This document shows positions 27,703 through 43,907 of a stretch of DNA of 64,000 bases, in pieces. Both the position numbers and the translations under genes were made by a program. This stretch comes from Dictyostelium discoideum (Eukaryota), in NCBI GenBank assembly GCA_000004695.1, contig CM000152.2, positions 4,288,001 through 4,352,000 of the forward strand. The letters are read 5' to 3'. Below the pieces are notes generated by a model, which searched no databases, was not told the origin of the DNA, and saw only the letters and a list, made by a program, of their open reading frames with translations. Positions within the stretch are counted from its first letter, which is position 1, and each line of letters begins with the position of its first letter.

Positions 27703-27794
27703 GTATGTATACATTTAAATTTATTAATTTATTTATTTTCAATTTGCGTGCGTGCGCACTAATCATTATATATATTTTTATTTTTTATATATAG

Positions 27795-28454
27795 CCAGGA
27801 ACATCATGGTTATATTCAATGGCGATTTCATCAAATTCAGAATATATAGCAGTTGGTGGATCATCAAGAACTGTTAGTGTTTATGATACAAAGAGATGGA
27901 ATAATTCAGGTAATTGGAAGAATTGTTTAAAGTACGAGATTACAAATATTGAATTTTCAAATACAAGACCTTCGATTTGTTATGTTGGTGGATTGGATTC
28001 AGAAGTTTTAGCAGGTGAATGGAATGGTTCAAGTGGTGTCGATCATTTCACTGGTCTTAGAGTTGATTCCAAATGGTTAGGTTTATCAAAATTAAGAGAT
28101 CAAGAATATATATTTGGTTATACTGGTTCTTCTTCAATCTATTATATCGATAATTGTGATAAATTATTCCAAGGTACTTTATCTGAAAAATCATTACACA
28201 ATACTTCAAAACAAGAAAAAAAACAACAACATCAATTAAATAATCAATTAAAACAACAACAACAAAAAGATAAACAAGAACAACAACAACAACAACAACA
28301 ACCAAATGAACAAGTTATGCAAGAAAGTGATAATAGTAATAGTAATAATAATAATAATAATAATGAAACAACAATTGGTAAAGCAAGATCAATTGAAGGT
28401 TCACCAACAGGTGATGAAAAACATCAATCAAAAAAATTAAAAAAGGAAGAATAA
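27795..28454 (+). CDS. Hypothetical protein, exon 3
   Basis: Acceptor AG at 27793-27794. PGTSWLYSMAISSNSEYIAVGGSSRTVSVYD is WD-repeat-like. Q-rich tail. Stop at 28452-28454. Confidence 0.5.
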   Translation, partial: PGTSWLYSMAISSNSEYIAVGGSSRTVSVYDTKRWNNSGNWKNCLKYEITNIEFSNTRPSICYVGGLDSEVLAGEWNGSSGVDHFTGLRVDSKWLGLSKLRDQEYIFGYTGSSSIYYIDNCDKLFQGTLSEKSLHNTSKQEKKQQHQLNNQLKQQQQKDKQEQQQQQQQPNEQVMQESDNSNSNNNNNNNETTIGKARSIEGSPTGDEKHQSKKLKKEE

Positions 28455-28502
28455 ATAAATAATTTATTATTAAAACAAATAACTTTTTTATTTTTTTTAT
28501 TA

Positions 28503-28787
28503 TTATTTTGATAATTTTAAAATTGTACTAAATAATTGTATTCTTTGAGTAATATATTGTTGTTGAGTTAAATCTATTAATGGTTTAGATTGCCACATTG
28601 GAATTGTATTATTTAATTTATCGATTGTAATATTTGATGTATTACCATTTTTATAATCTTTAATATCATCAAATAGAATTTGTTTCATTTGATAATCTTG
28701 TTCATAATTATTATATGATATTGTCATAAATTCAATAAGATCACTAATTGATAATTCTAATTTAGTTTTACCTCTATTACTAATTAT
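28503..28787 (-). CDS. Small coiled-coil protein of unknown function, exon 2
   Basis: Acceptor (minus) AG at 28789-28788. In-frame continuation IISNRGKTKLELSISDLIEFMTISYNNYEQDY..., identical to ORF 28503-28727. Confidence 0.45.
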   Translation of the reverse strand: MISNRGKTKLELSISDLIEFMTISYNNYEQDYQMKQILFDDIKDYKNGNTSNITIDKLNNTIPMWQSKPLIDLTQQQYITQRIQLFSTILKLSK

Positions 28788-28886
28788 CTAAAATTGTATT
28801 AATTAATTTATTAATATTTTTTTAAATACTTTACACCCTAAATTATATTATATATATATATATATTAATAATTAATGATAAATTAC

Positions 28887-29240
28887 ATTTAAATCATTTA
28901 AATTTTTTAAATGAATTAATTTTTTTGAAATTTCTAAAAGATTATTTAATTTATTTAAATTATTATTTATATTTTCAATTGATTTTCTTATTGATTCAAT
29001 TGGTTCTTTTATTTTCATTATAAGTTGTTGTTGTTGTTGTTCTATTGAGGTTGTAGTTTTTGATTTAATTGTTGTCGATGATAAAGCACTTTCATCATCA
29101 ATATTACCTTCAATAGTTGAACAATAATCTAATATCTTTTCAAATTGATCATTTGATTCTTCATTGAAATGATCTATCTCTGATTTAATATCTTGAAATT
29201 CATTATAGTATTTTTGAATTTCAAGTAACGATATTTCCAT
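28887..29240 (-). CDS. Small coiled-coil protein of unknown function, exon 1
   Basis: M at 29240. Donor GTAATT (minus) at 28886-28881, phase 0. Confidence 0.45.
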
Positions 29241-29249
29241 TTTCTTTTT

Positions 29250-29293
<44 letters not shown>

Positions 29294-29751
29294 TTTGGGT
29301 GGTAAAAAATAAAAAAAAAAATAAAAAAATAAAAAAAAAAAAAAAAAAAAATTTTTTATTTTTTTTTTAATTTTTTTTTTTTAAACAATAACCCAGTTTT
29401 ATTTTTTTATTTTTAATATGAATTTGGTTCTTAAAAATAAAACACCCAAAAATACACAAAATGATATAAAATTTGAAAAAAAAAAAAAAAAAATAAAAAT
29501 AAATCATTTTGTTTTTTTTTTTTTTGTTAGTCAAAAATTTTATATTTGGATTTATTTATTATCTTTTGTTATTTGCAAGGGTAATGATCAATATTTACAC
29601 TTTCTATAGAATAGTAAATTGAAAAAAAAAAAAAAAAAAAATGAAAAAAACAAAAAATTAAGTTAATTGGTTATTTCTATTTTTTTTTTTATTTATTTTT
29701 TTTTTTATTTTATATTTATAAAAAAAAAAGAAATTGATTAAAAACTAACAT

Positions 29752-29972
29752 TTAATATTTTCTGCATGGTGGTTGATAATGATTACATGGTGGTGGTGGT
29801 GGTGGTGGTTGACAAATTGGCTTTTTGCAGCCACCTCCGTTACCCCATGTTTTTGATGGTGGTCCTCCATATCCACTTGTTTGATTAGAGCTCAATTCCA
29901 TACCATTTGATGTTGAAGTAGAAATTGAATCATTTGATATCTTTAAACCATTACCTAAACTTGTGATTGAAT
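29752..29972 (-). CDS. HssA/2C/7E-like small protein, exon 2
   Basis: Acceptor (minus) AG at 29974-29973. The product is MAII|DSITSLGNGLKISNDSISTSTSNGMELSSNQTSGYGGPPSKTWGNGGGCKKPICQPPPPPPPCNHYQPPCRKY*, about 77 aa. The MxIxxSIxSxGN start and the Gly/Cys-rich tail resemble the Dictyostelium hssA/sigN family. Confidence 0.45.
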
Positions 29973-30057
29973 CTGTTAAAGAATAATAATAATAATATTA
30001 ATAATATAGCAAAAAAAAAAAAAAAAAAAATATTTTAATCAAATATATAATATTTAC

Positions 30058-30070
30058 CAATAATTGCCAT
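30058..30070 (-). CDS. HssA/2C/7E-like small Gly/Ser/Cys-rich protein, 13-nt first exon (MAII + 1 nt)
   Basis: The minus strand reads ATGGCAATTATTG|GTAAAT. Confidence 0.4.
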
Positions 30071-30162
30071 TTTATCTGTTTAATATATTTTTTCAAAATT
30101 ATTACTATTTTTTTTATTTTTTTTTTTATTTTATACAAATATACATTTTTACATATTTTGAT

Positions 30163-30194
<32 letters not shown>

Positions 30195-30552
30195 AATGAA
30201 TTAAAATATTTTAATTGGAAACACATTAACTTGTTTTAAAAACATAAATTATCAATACACCCATTTATTACCAAAAAAGTAATATTTTATTTTTCTTTGA
30301 TTAAATTTCAATCCCATATTAAAAATATTACCCCAATCTGAAAACATAACAACATCAAATAACATTTAAAATAAAAAAGATTATAAAACAAAATGAAATC
30401 ATATTATTCAAATACGATTAAAATTAAATAATAAAATCACCCATATTAATTTTTTTTTTTTTTTTTTTATTATCTTTTTTTTATATTAAATTTAAAAATG
30501 AAACCAAATGTGAAAAATAAAAGAAATTGAAATAGTGAAAGAAATAATTATT

Positions 30553-33366
30553 TTATGGAGTAATTTTTGAGATTAAATTTTGTTGGAATATCATTTGTTT
30601 ATCAAATTCTGCAGATGAAAAAATATAATGGTTAAAATTAACCAAATCATTGATTGGTAATTTCTTATATTCTTTAAATTTTTGAAGGAATTCTAATGAA
30701 TTAATTTTTTTATTTTTTTCAGAGTTGATTATTGATAGTCTTAAGAGTGCATCTGGTACTCTGAATCCATCTAGTGGAGCATTACTTAAATATTTTAAAT
30801 AAAATGATTCTGATGAATATTTTGTTTCAATATTTGTTTCTAAATGATTTAAACAATCCAATGCAAATGCTTTATAGAAATAGAAATATTCATTAACTAC
30901 ACCAACACCAGCACCAGCACCACTATCTTCAATACATAAATCTAATGTTTCTAAACCTAATTTAAAATCACCCATCAATAAATGAATCATACTTTTTAAA
31001 AAATTTAAATCATATGTCAAGGTTGAATTTGAGGTTGAATTTAAATCTAGTTTACTTAAATCAATGTTGTCCTCTAATTCAGTAATAATTTTACATTCAT
31101 TCTTTAAAGAGTTGATTAATTCCAAACATTTTTTATATTTTGTTGGTTTTAATAAATGTAAGCCAATAAAACAAACTATTAAATGTTTATTATTTGGACG
31201 GACTTTTAATAATTGATTAATTAATTCAATAGTTTGTCCATGAAGTAAACCTGGTAAACAAACAAAATTTAATTCCGTTTGATAGGCCATTGATAAATTT
31301 GAAACCAATTTTAATTTTTCATTTATTGTTATTGATTGATTTGAAGTAACTGATTTGAAACCATCAATAAATTTATTAGTGTAATCTAATGTTTTTAAAA
31401 TTCTTTCCAATTGTTTTGTTTTTAATTGATTTCGAGAAGAAGTAGAAGAAGAAGGAAATGAAAATGATAATGGTGAAAAAGAAGAGGCAGAAGTAGAAGA
31501 AGAGGCAGAAGAAGAAGATGATGATTGTTCTTTAAATTTAACTATTTCTTCTAGTATTATTGCATACTTTTTATTTAAATTTAATTGTTCAATTGATTGA
31601 AATTCATTAAATAACCATCTAGAAAATTTTAAAAGATGATCCTTTAAACTAACTGAATTTGCATGTTCTTTGGATGTTGTAAGTTGAGAGTACTTTTCAA
31701 TACAATTTTCATCACCTAAATCTGCACCTTTTTTAATGTATTCTAAACCAAGATCTTTATTAGTTTTTCCAGGACCTAATATTCCTTGATACAATAGAGA
31801 ACCATAATTATTACATGCATTTAAATGATTAAAATCAGCAGCTATTTTATAGAAAAATAAAGTTTTCTCAAAATCAATTTGAACACCATATATACCACGT
31901 TGAAACATTATACCGACATGATAAGCAGATTCTGGTACCATCATATTCTTTTGATAATAAGTTAACTTTATTGGATCTTTAATGTTTTGAAGATTTGGAA
32001 CTTGGAATTTATCATTTTGAAGTGCAGATTGATAAAATAATGATAATGCTAATTTTTCATCTTTTGGTACAGCATTACCTAATGAGCTTTGAAAAATATG
32101 ACCCATTTGAAATAATGAACCTGAAAATGATTTAGATGCATAAAAGTATGGCAAGGCTTCTCTAAATTTTGATTGAAGCATCAAAGAATATCCCATATTA
32201 CAAAATGATAACTTTGAAATATGTTCAAATGATAATCCAGTTATTTTTGATTGTTCTTGTAATGATTGTTTATCAAATGCTTTTAATAAATCTTGATCAC
32301 TCTTTATTAAAACCTTTGGAAATTTCTCCCCTAATGGATTCTGTTCAATATATTTTTTAACTTCTTTTAAAATATCTCTTATTGGTGATGTTGTAGTTGT
32401 AGTTCCCTCTGTTTCTGTTGGAGTAGTAGTAGTAGTGGTAGTGGTAGTGGTAGTGGTACTGGTAGTAGTAGGGGAAGTGGCGGTGGTTGTTGTGGTGGTA
32501 TTTATTTCAGTAATTTTATCAGTTGAATTACGATCATGGTGTCTAAGAGAATCAATTCTTAATTTTAATTCACCAGCAATATCCCAACATTCTTTTTCAA
32601 CACTTGTTCTTTCTTCTTTTGTTATTAAATTAATTAATAATGCAGATTGAAACATTTCAAAACTTTGTAATAATTCACCTTGAATTTTTAAAATTTGAGC
32701 AGCTTTGACATATGCTTTAACCCACATTGGTCTACATGAACATGCATTTTTTGAATGGCCAAGTGCCAATGATAAAAGATCTCCATCGGAATTACCATAT
32801 TTTGCAAGGAAATTGTAATGTGCCAATAAACAGGTTGATAAATTTAAACTAAGTATTGATTTAATGTACATTGAAATACCACGAATTTTCAAACCTTCAT
32901 TATACATTACTTCTGCTTTATTATAATCACATTTACCATAAAAGTAATTTCCATCCTCTTTCAATTGCAATGCTTCTCTATCACAATTTTCTTGTTGTTG
33001 TTGATCTTTTGGTATTTGAAGTGTGTCAACTAAAAAATCAATTTCAATATCACCATTAAAGGTGGGTTTTAATACTGTTAAGTACTCTTTCATTAATTTT
33101 CTACCAATTTCAAAAGAGTCTTTATTTATTGGTTGTTTTTGAATTAGATATCTAACACCAGTAAAACTATTATTCTCCCATTCTCTACCTGTTTCTTTTA
33201 AATATCTTTCCTTTAATAAATCTCTTAATATTTCTTTGGCAACTTCAGCCATACATTGAAATTTATATAATGTAAATTTATTAAATTCATTTTCAGTTAT
33301 TAATTCTATAGATTTTTTTTTTTCAAAATTTTCTCTATAATTATTGTTGTTGTTGTTTTTGTGCAT
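30553..33366 (-). CDS. TPR / Sel1-like repeat protein (937 aa)
   Basis: Continuous minus ORF with a TPR-like N-terminal half, a T/S-rich linker and Sel1-like repeats (AYHVGIMFQRGIYGVQIDFEKTLFFYKIAADFNHLNACNNYGSLLYQG). Confidence 0.6.
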   Translation of the reverse strand: MHKNNNNNNYRENFEKKKSIELITENEFNKFTLYKFQCMAEVAKEILRDLLKERYLKETGREWENNSFTGVRYLIQKQPINKDSFEIGRKLMKEYLTVLKPTFNGDIEIDFLVDTLQIPKDQQQQENCDREALQLKEDGNYFYGKCDYNKAEVMYNEGLKIRGISMYIKSILSLNLSTCLLAHYNFLAKYGNSDGDLLSLALGHSKNACSCRPMWVKAYVKAAQILKIQGELLQSFEMFQSALLINLITKEERTSVEKECWDIAGELKLRIDSLRHHDRNSTDKITEINTTTTTTATSPTTTSTTTTTTTTTTTTPTETEGTTTTTSPIRDILKEVKKYIEQNPLGEKFPKVLIKSDQDLLKAFDKQSLQEQSKITGLSFEHISKLSFCNMGYSLMLQSKFREALPYFYASKSFSGSLFQMGHIFQSSLGNAVPKDEKLALSLFYQSALQNDKFQVPNLQNIKDPIKLTYYQKNMMVPESAYHVGIMFQRGIYGVQIDFEKTLFFYKIAADFNHLNACNNYGSLLYQGILGPGKTNKDLGLEYIKKGADLGDENCIEKYSQLTTSKEHANSVSLKDHLLKFSRWLFNEFQSIEQLNLNKKYAIILEEIVKFKEQSSSSSSASSSTSASSFSPLSFSFPSSSTSSRNQLKTKQLERILKTLDYTNKFIDGFKSVTSNQSITINEKLKLVSNLSMAYQTELNFVCLPGLLHGQTIELINQLLKVRPNNKHLIVCFIGLHLLKPTKYKKCLELINSLKNECKIITELEDNIDLSKLDLNSTSNSTLTYDLNFLKSMIHLLMGDFKLGLETLDLCIEDSGAGAGVGVVNEYFYFYKAFALDCLNHLETNIETKYSSESFYLKYLSNAPLDGFRVPDALLRLSIINSEKNKKINSLEFLQKFKEYKKLPINDLVNFNHYIFSSAEFDKQMIFQQNLISKITP

Positions 33367-34011
33367 GATAATAAAAAAAAAGAATGTTGTGATAAAAATT
33401 TAAATTGTTGAGATGTAATTTTTAAAAAACTGAAAAAAAAAAAAAAAAAAATATTAAAAATTTGGTTTTTGTGAAAAAAAAAATAATAAAAAATTATTTT
33501 TTAAAAAATAAAAACTGAACTTCACAAAAAAAAAAAAAACAGATAGGACACAAGCAGATATTCAAGAACCCAATTAAAAAAATAAAAGAAAACTAATAGG
33601 ACGATTCCTCATGAGGATAAGATTTTTTTTTTTGAAATAATAAATTCAAAAAATATTATAAATATTATCATTATGAAGTTGAATTAAAAATAAATTTAAA
33701 GAACACTAAATCATAAAAAAAAAAAAATTGAACAACGTTGTAAATTATTATTATTTTTAATTGAATGTTAAAGGCTGGATTGATTTGAAATTTATTGGAT
33801 TGGAAAAATAGTTTTTAATACTCCCCAAAATATTTTATTACAAAAATATTAAAATTATTTAAATTTCATAAATAATTTTATTAATTATAAAACTTTTAAT
33901 AATTGCCTTTAATTTTATTTAATATTAATTTTTTGAAAAAAAAAAAAATTTAAAACAAGAAAATGTTTAATAATTGATTAAAATAAATTATGAAAATAAA
34001 TAACTTTATTT

Positions 34012-34044
<33 letters not shown>

Positions 34045-34928
34045 CTTTTTTAACAATATTAATACAACAATAAATCAATTCTATGATTAATTTAAACTAA
34101 ACCAAAATTTGGTCTTGTGAATAATATGTTTTCAGTTTTTAAAGCAGAGATTTCATTTAAAGTCATGTGAGAGTTTTTATTTACTTTCAAATCCATATTT
34201 GAACTTCCATTTAATTCAATATTTTTTGAAAATAATTTAGAGATAGAGTCTTTTTATTTTTAATTTATTTTTAATTTAAAAATTAGCATATTTTATTTAA
34301 TATTAAAAAAAAAAAAAAAATATTAATTTTTTGAAAACTTACTAAATAACATTTTTTTTTTTTTTCTTAGAGTTTTAATTTATTAAATATAATAAAAAAT
34401 AATTAATTCAAAATTTTTTCAATTGACTCTATTTATATTTAAATTATTTTACCCTATTTTACTCAAATTTTAATAATTAATATCAAAATAAAATTTTATT
34501 AAAATTTAATTTCAAAATACCATTTATTTATTTTTTATTAAAAAAATAATCTACAAAAATAAATCTACTAGGTGATAAATAGATCGATTTTTTCAAAAGA
34601 CTGGGATTTTAATATAAAAATTATTTTGCACACCAAATTTTTAAAACATTAATCAAAAAATAAAAAAAAACAATTAAAATAAATGATCACATTAAAATTT
34701 AAATTATTTATACATTTATAAACGACAATTGTCCATATATTTTTTAAACAAATACACGTAATGATTGTTTTTTTATAAATATATATTTTTTTAATATTAT
34801 GTTCTGTTTTGTGTTTTTGTTTTTTGTTTTTTTGTTTTTTTTATTTTATTTTATTTTATTTTTTTTTTTGTTTAGTTTATGTTTAATTTTAGTATGCTCT
34901 TGTTTTTTTAGATTTACTATTATTACTA

Positions 34929-38984
<4,056 letters not shown>

Positions 38985-39088
38985 CTTTAAAATTTTAATA
39001 ATTTTTTTTTTTTTTTTTTTTTTATTATTATTAGTGAATGATTTAATTTGAATATTTTTTTGAAAAAAAAAAAAAAATAAAAACTTAC

Positions 39089-39740
39089 CAATTCTTTCTT
39101 TAATTTACATTGTACATTATTTCTTTTTATCCAAATTTGAACTGATTTAATGGATTTAAACTTATTTAATATATCATACAAATATGATTCAATATAATTT
39201 TCATTTGATTTTTGTTGTTGTTGTTGTTTAATTGAATCTTTAGTTTCATCCATTTGATCATCTTCATCTTCATCTTCATCTTCGTCATCTTCTTCATCAT
39301 CTTCTTCATTATCGTTATCGTTAACTTTATCGTTTTCATCGTTATCGTCGTCGTCGTCGTCTTCGTCATCATCATCATCATCATCACTCTCTTGTTCCTC
39401 ACCATTAGTTCCTTCTTTCTTTATATTATTACTTTGTTTATTATTATTTTTATTTTTATTATTATTATTATTATTCCTACTTAAATTAATAACTTTCTTA
39501 TAGATTATATCCAATAGTGATATGAATTGATCAGATACAATGAATGCCTGTTGTAATCTTTTCGTTGTATAAAATACAAAACTTTGTAACTCTTTAATAT
39601 TATTCCAATTATCCCATAAAACTAATAAACATTGTAATATTGAATGATAATTTGAAACTGATTCCATAATTATAAAAACTCTCTCTATATAAAATTGTGT
39701 AATTGGAAATGAAAAATGTCTAAATCCTTTCATTGAATAA
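39089..39740 (-). CDS. med12: Med12 exon 7
   Basis: Acceptor AG at 39742-39741. The join gives ...HHQLSD|YSMKGFRHFSFPITQFYIERVF... The exon includes a poly-D/E acidic stretch. Donor GTAAGT at 39088, phase 0. Confidence 0.55.
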
Positions 39741-39816
39741 CTAAAATAAATAAATAAAGTTAATAATATATAAATATTATTACGCATTTAAATTATTAAT
39801 AAAATAAAAAACCTAC

Positions 39817-39833
39817 TCTGATAATTGATGATG

Positions 39834-39865
<32 letters not shown>

Positions 39866-40490
39866 CATCATTACTTGGATTATTAAAATTTAATCTTAAA
39901 CATAATGACAACCATTCAGTTAATGAAATTTGACTATAAAATGATAATGATTGAATAATTTGTGATAATTGAATTAATCCAATATTTTGTTTATCACCAC
40001 CACCACCACCACCACCACCATCAACCATCATATCACTATTATTATCATTTTCATTATTACTATTGGCACTATTTAAAATAAAAGATTTAACAGAAATTCG
40101 AGCTTGTTCCATACTATTAATTTCCTCTTGTGATTTTATAGTATTTGGAAACAGAATCGTTCTTCTTTGATTTCTTTGTTGATGAATATCATAAGATGGA
40201 AAATCATTCCTATTAAAGATTGGAAACTCTTTTAAATAATATTTATGATATTTATTATTCTCTAATCTTCCATTGATATTATTATTTTTATCACCATTGT
40301 GATTACCATTAATATTAATATTACTATTCTCTAAAATACCTCTTGAAATTAAATATCTTGCATAAGAATTTTGACTAAATATTTCATTTCTAATTAACTC
40401 TGAAAAAAGTTGACAAATCCTTTTTAATTCAATATTCTTTGGTTTAAATGTTTCTAAAAAATGTACTAATATATTTTGTAATGGGTGATT
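39817..40490 (-). CDS. med12: Med12 exon 6
   Basis: Acceptor AG at 40492-40491 with an in-frame TAA immediately upstream. The donor GTAGGT at 39816 leaves phase 2. Confidence 0.55.
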
Positions 40491-40566
40491 CTTTTATAAA
40501 ATAAAAATAATAAAGTGTTAATACTATTTCCTATTATCAAACATAAAGTTTTCTTAATATTAAGAG

Positions 40567-40617
<51 letters not shown>

Positions 40618-40620
40618 TAC

Positions 40621-41082
40621 TAAAACTATATTATTTAATTTAATTGTTAAATTTCTTTCAAAAATTTTTAAAATTGAAGTTGCCGATAAAAAAGAGAATG
40701 GATAATTTCTACAGGATGTACAAGCCCATTCACAAACTAATAAAATCTTTTCCTTATCATCCTCTAATGAAACTTGATTACCATTTCCAAAAATTTCATG
40801 ATATAATAGTTTTAAATCAAAAGTTGTATAAAATCTATCCAATGATTTAATTAAATTTGAATAGTTAATTCCACCTCTACTATTATTATTATTATTATTA
40901 TTATTATTAGTGATGTTATTCTGTTTATTTATAATACTATTATTATTTTTATTATTTTTAAAACCTATATTATTATTTTGTTGTTGTCGTAATTGTTTTA
41001 ATTGAGTTTGTTGATTTTTATTAATTTCTGAATAATATTTATTTATCCATTTATATTCTGGTGATACGGTGAATCTTAAATT
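40621..41082 (-). CDS. med12: Med12 exon 5
   Basis: 154 codons. ...EDDKEKILLVCEWACTSCRNYPFSFLSATSILKIFE matches MED12 ...[20 protein letters not shown]. Donor GTAAGT at 40620. Confidence 0.65.
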
Positions 41083-41142
41083 CTGATTTTATAAAATAAA
41101 ACAAAATTAGTATTGGTTTTTGTGTATATATGATGGTTGGTA

Positions 41143-41252
<110 letters not shown>

Positions 41253-41268
41253 TAATATTTACATTTAC

Positions 41269-42069
41269 AAATGAAAGTTGATTATATTCTATTCTATCGA
41301 TTAAATTTGAAGGCCAAATTAAACTAACCAATTCTCTAAAGAATTTGAATGACATGAATGTGTCTGGTAAATTCATTGAAATTTGTTTAGAAATAATACA
41401 TAATATAGAATAAATCTTTTGATTGGATGGTGATAATGAACTTGCAATACTATTAATTGATGGTATTGTTTGAGTTGATGTTATATTTAATTGTGGTTGT
41501 TGTTGATTATGAGAATGACTATGACTATGATGACCATGACCATGACCATGACCATGACCTAATTGTTGTAATTTTGGATTTGATAATGCTGTTATATTTG
41601 ATTGTGTTGATGATGATGATGATGATGATGATGCTGCTGATACTGCTGCTGCAGAAGATATAGTAATTTTCATTAATTTTTCGTATGCCTTATTTAAAAA
41701 TTTCATAGAATGATAAGTTGATAATATTAAAGTGTCTGAATAGTATAATAAAAGTGATGAGATTAAAACTGCTTCCTCGGGTCTATCAGTTTCATTTAAA
41801 TGATCTATTAACATTGATAATAGTATATCCTTATTTAATAAACCCTCTGAAAAATTCCATTTAATTAATCTCTCTATATATAAAATACCTGTATAACTTG
41901 AGGTTGCTTTCTTTACAACGCCACTACCACTGTTACCCCCTAAAACATTATTACTACTACTACTACCACTACTATTATTTTCACCTGTTGTATTTCTAAT
42001 TAATGCAAATAAACTTTGAACAATTGTTTTTGTCCAATCATTTGATGGTTCAACTGTTTTATGTTTTGG
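41269..42069 (-). CDS. med12: Med12 exon 4
   Basis: Acceptor AG at 42071-42070. 267 codons. Contains a (GH)5-HSHSHSH repeat. Donor GTAAAT at 41268, with an alternative GTAAAT six nt downstream. The intron is (AAT)n-rich. Confidence 0.6.
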
Positions 42070-42155
42070 CTAGGTAATAATAATAATAATGGTGTTATGT
42101 TAATAAAATAATAACCAAACTAAAAAAAAAAAAATATTATTTTTTTTTTACATAC

Positions 42156-42398
42156 CATATTACCATAAACAATTTTAGTATACCAAGTTGCTCTAATTAA
42201 TGGTACTTGGTTATCTAAAAACATCTTTAACAAAGTTTCACCTTTATAACCATGTGGTACAGATGATGCTAATTTTTGTAGTGGTTCATTACCTGCCAGT
42301 TTCAATACCCAACTTTCTCTATGATTAGCTGACCATGCCTTTTGTTCTGGTACTGGTCTCTTATTACCACTTTTATTCATAACTGGTGGTTGTCCACT
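42156..42398 (-). CDS. med12: Med12 exon 3
   Basis: 81 codons. ...VPHGYKGETLLKMFLDNQVPLIRATWYTKIVYGNM matches MED12 ...[24 protein letters not shown]. Donor GTATGT at 42155. Confidence 0.65.
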
Positions 42399-42501
42399 CT
42401 GTTTTTTTTAAATAAAAGAAAAGTATTAAAAATTAGTTATGAATAAATAAACAAATAAATAAATAAATAAATAAATAAAAAGCTAATAAATTTAACAATA
42501 C

Positions 42502-42615
42502 CTTTTGAGTGGAACTCTTCTTCCATTCAACTTGATAAATGGATTGTAATAATTGCTCTTTAACTTTTGGAAAATCAAAATTTTTGAAAATTGAACTTGA
42601 TGATTTACATTCGTC
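42502..42615 (-). CDS. med12: Med12 exon 2
   Basis: Acceptor AG (minus) at 42617-42616. 38 codons, DECKSSSSIFKNFDFPKVKEQLLQSIYQVEWKKSSTQK. Donor GTATTG at 42501. Confidence 0.55.
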
Positions 42616-42719
42616 CTAAAAAAAAAAAAAAAAAAAAGAGAAATAAATCATAATTAGTATATATATAGTTATTATTTTTATTATTATTAAAAATGATTTA
42701 AATATATTTTGATAATTAC

Positions 42720-43401
42720 ATGTTGATATCTTTCACAAAAACCACCTAAAATAAACTCTTGTGGTAATGTATCTTCTTTTGATTTATCATCTAATGGATA
42801 AAAATCAGGAACACCTAAATCTGGTCCTAGCTCTTTTTTATCTGCTGGTTTTTGAATCTCATATTTTTTCAATCCTCCTCCCCTCATTGGATGTCCAATT
42901 TGTGATTGACTATGATATGACGGGTTTTGTATTGGTCTTCTTGCAACTGGTTGTTGTTGTTGTTGTTGTTGTTGTGGTTGTTGTACTTGTTGTGGTTGCT
43001 GTTGTTGTTGCTGTTGTTGCTGCTGCTGCTGCTGTTGTTGTTGCTGTTGTTGTTGTAGTTGTTGTTGTTGTTGTAGTTGTTGAATTGGCGCTGTTTGTTG
43101 TTGTTGAGTTTGTGCTAATGGTACTTGTTGAGGTAGTGGTATTTGTTGTTGTTGAATCTGTTGTTGTTGGAGTGGTTGTTGAATTTGAGATGGTATCTGT
43201 ATTTGTGGTTGGGGTATTTGTTGTTGTTGAATCTGTGGTTGTTGTTGAATCTGTTGTTGAATCGGTTGTTGAACAATATGTTGTTGAATCGGTTGTTGCT
43301 GAATCGGTTGTTGTTGAACAATATGTTGTTGTTGGATCGGTTGTTGTTGCTGTTGGTGTTGTTGTTGTTGTTGCTGTTGCTGTTGCTGTTGTTGTTGTTG
43401 C

Positions 43402-43462
<61 letters not shown>

Positions 43463-43611
43463 GCATTTGCATTTGATGAATTTGTTGATGTTGTTGCATA
43501 ATATGATGTTGTTGCATATGTTGAGGGATGTGTTGTTGCATGTGAAGTTGTGGGTGGTGTACCTGTTGTTGTAAATGTGATGGATGTACCTGTTGTTGTT
43601 GTTGTTGTTGC

Positions 43612-43678
<67 letters not shown>

Positions 43679-43907
43679 GAATATGTGGATGAATTTGGTG
43701 ATGTAAATGTTGTTGAATTATAATTGGTTGTTGTTGATGTATCATATGATGTGGTTGTTGCATATGTTGCATTGGTTGTTGTTGTTGCATATGATGTTGT
43801 TGCTGTTGTTGCATTTGTTGTTGTTGCATTTGTTGTTGATGTAATTGCTGCTGCTGTTGTTGTATCATTTGTTGTTGTTGTTGCAATATTTGTTGCGGAT
43901 TCATCAT
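42720..43907 (-). CDS. med12: Mediator subunit 12 (Med12), exon 1 (Q/H-rich N-terminal extension plus the conserved Med12 N-terminal motif)
   Basis: ...GPDLGVPDFYPLDDKSKEDTLPQEFILGGF matches human MED12 ...[25 protein letters not shown]. Donor GTAATT at 42719, phase 0. Confidence 0.7.
43591..43679. repeat. (TTG)n on the plus strand, (CAA)n coding poly-Q in Med12 exon 1
   Basis: Direct read. Confidence 0.9.

Noticed and set aside
33600-33625. Short palindrome cctcatgagg in intergenic DNA
   Set aside because: A 10-bp palindrome is expected by chance at this scale. It has no flanking structure suggesting a terminal inverted repeat.
34100-34260. 34-codon minus-strand ORF (MDLKVNKNSHMTLNEISALK...) in the intergenic region upstream of Med12
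   Set aside because: It is too short and has no recognisable features. I cannot distinguish it from a random ORF without expression data.
42761-43501. Long Val-rich antisense ORFs (VVVVV...) overlapping Med12 exon 1. Similar ones are at 35330-35665, 10765-11043 and 45977-46303.
   Set aside because: They are reverse-strand readings of CAA/CAG poly-Q coding repeats, where TTG and GTT give L and V. They have no start context and no conservation.
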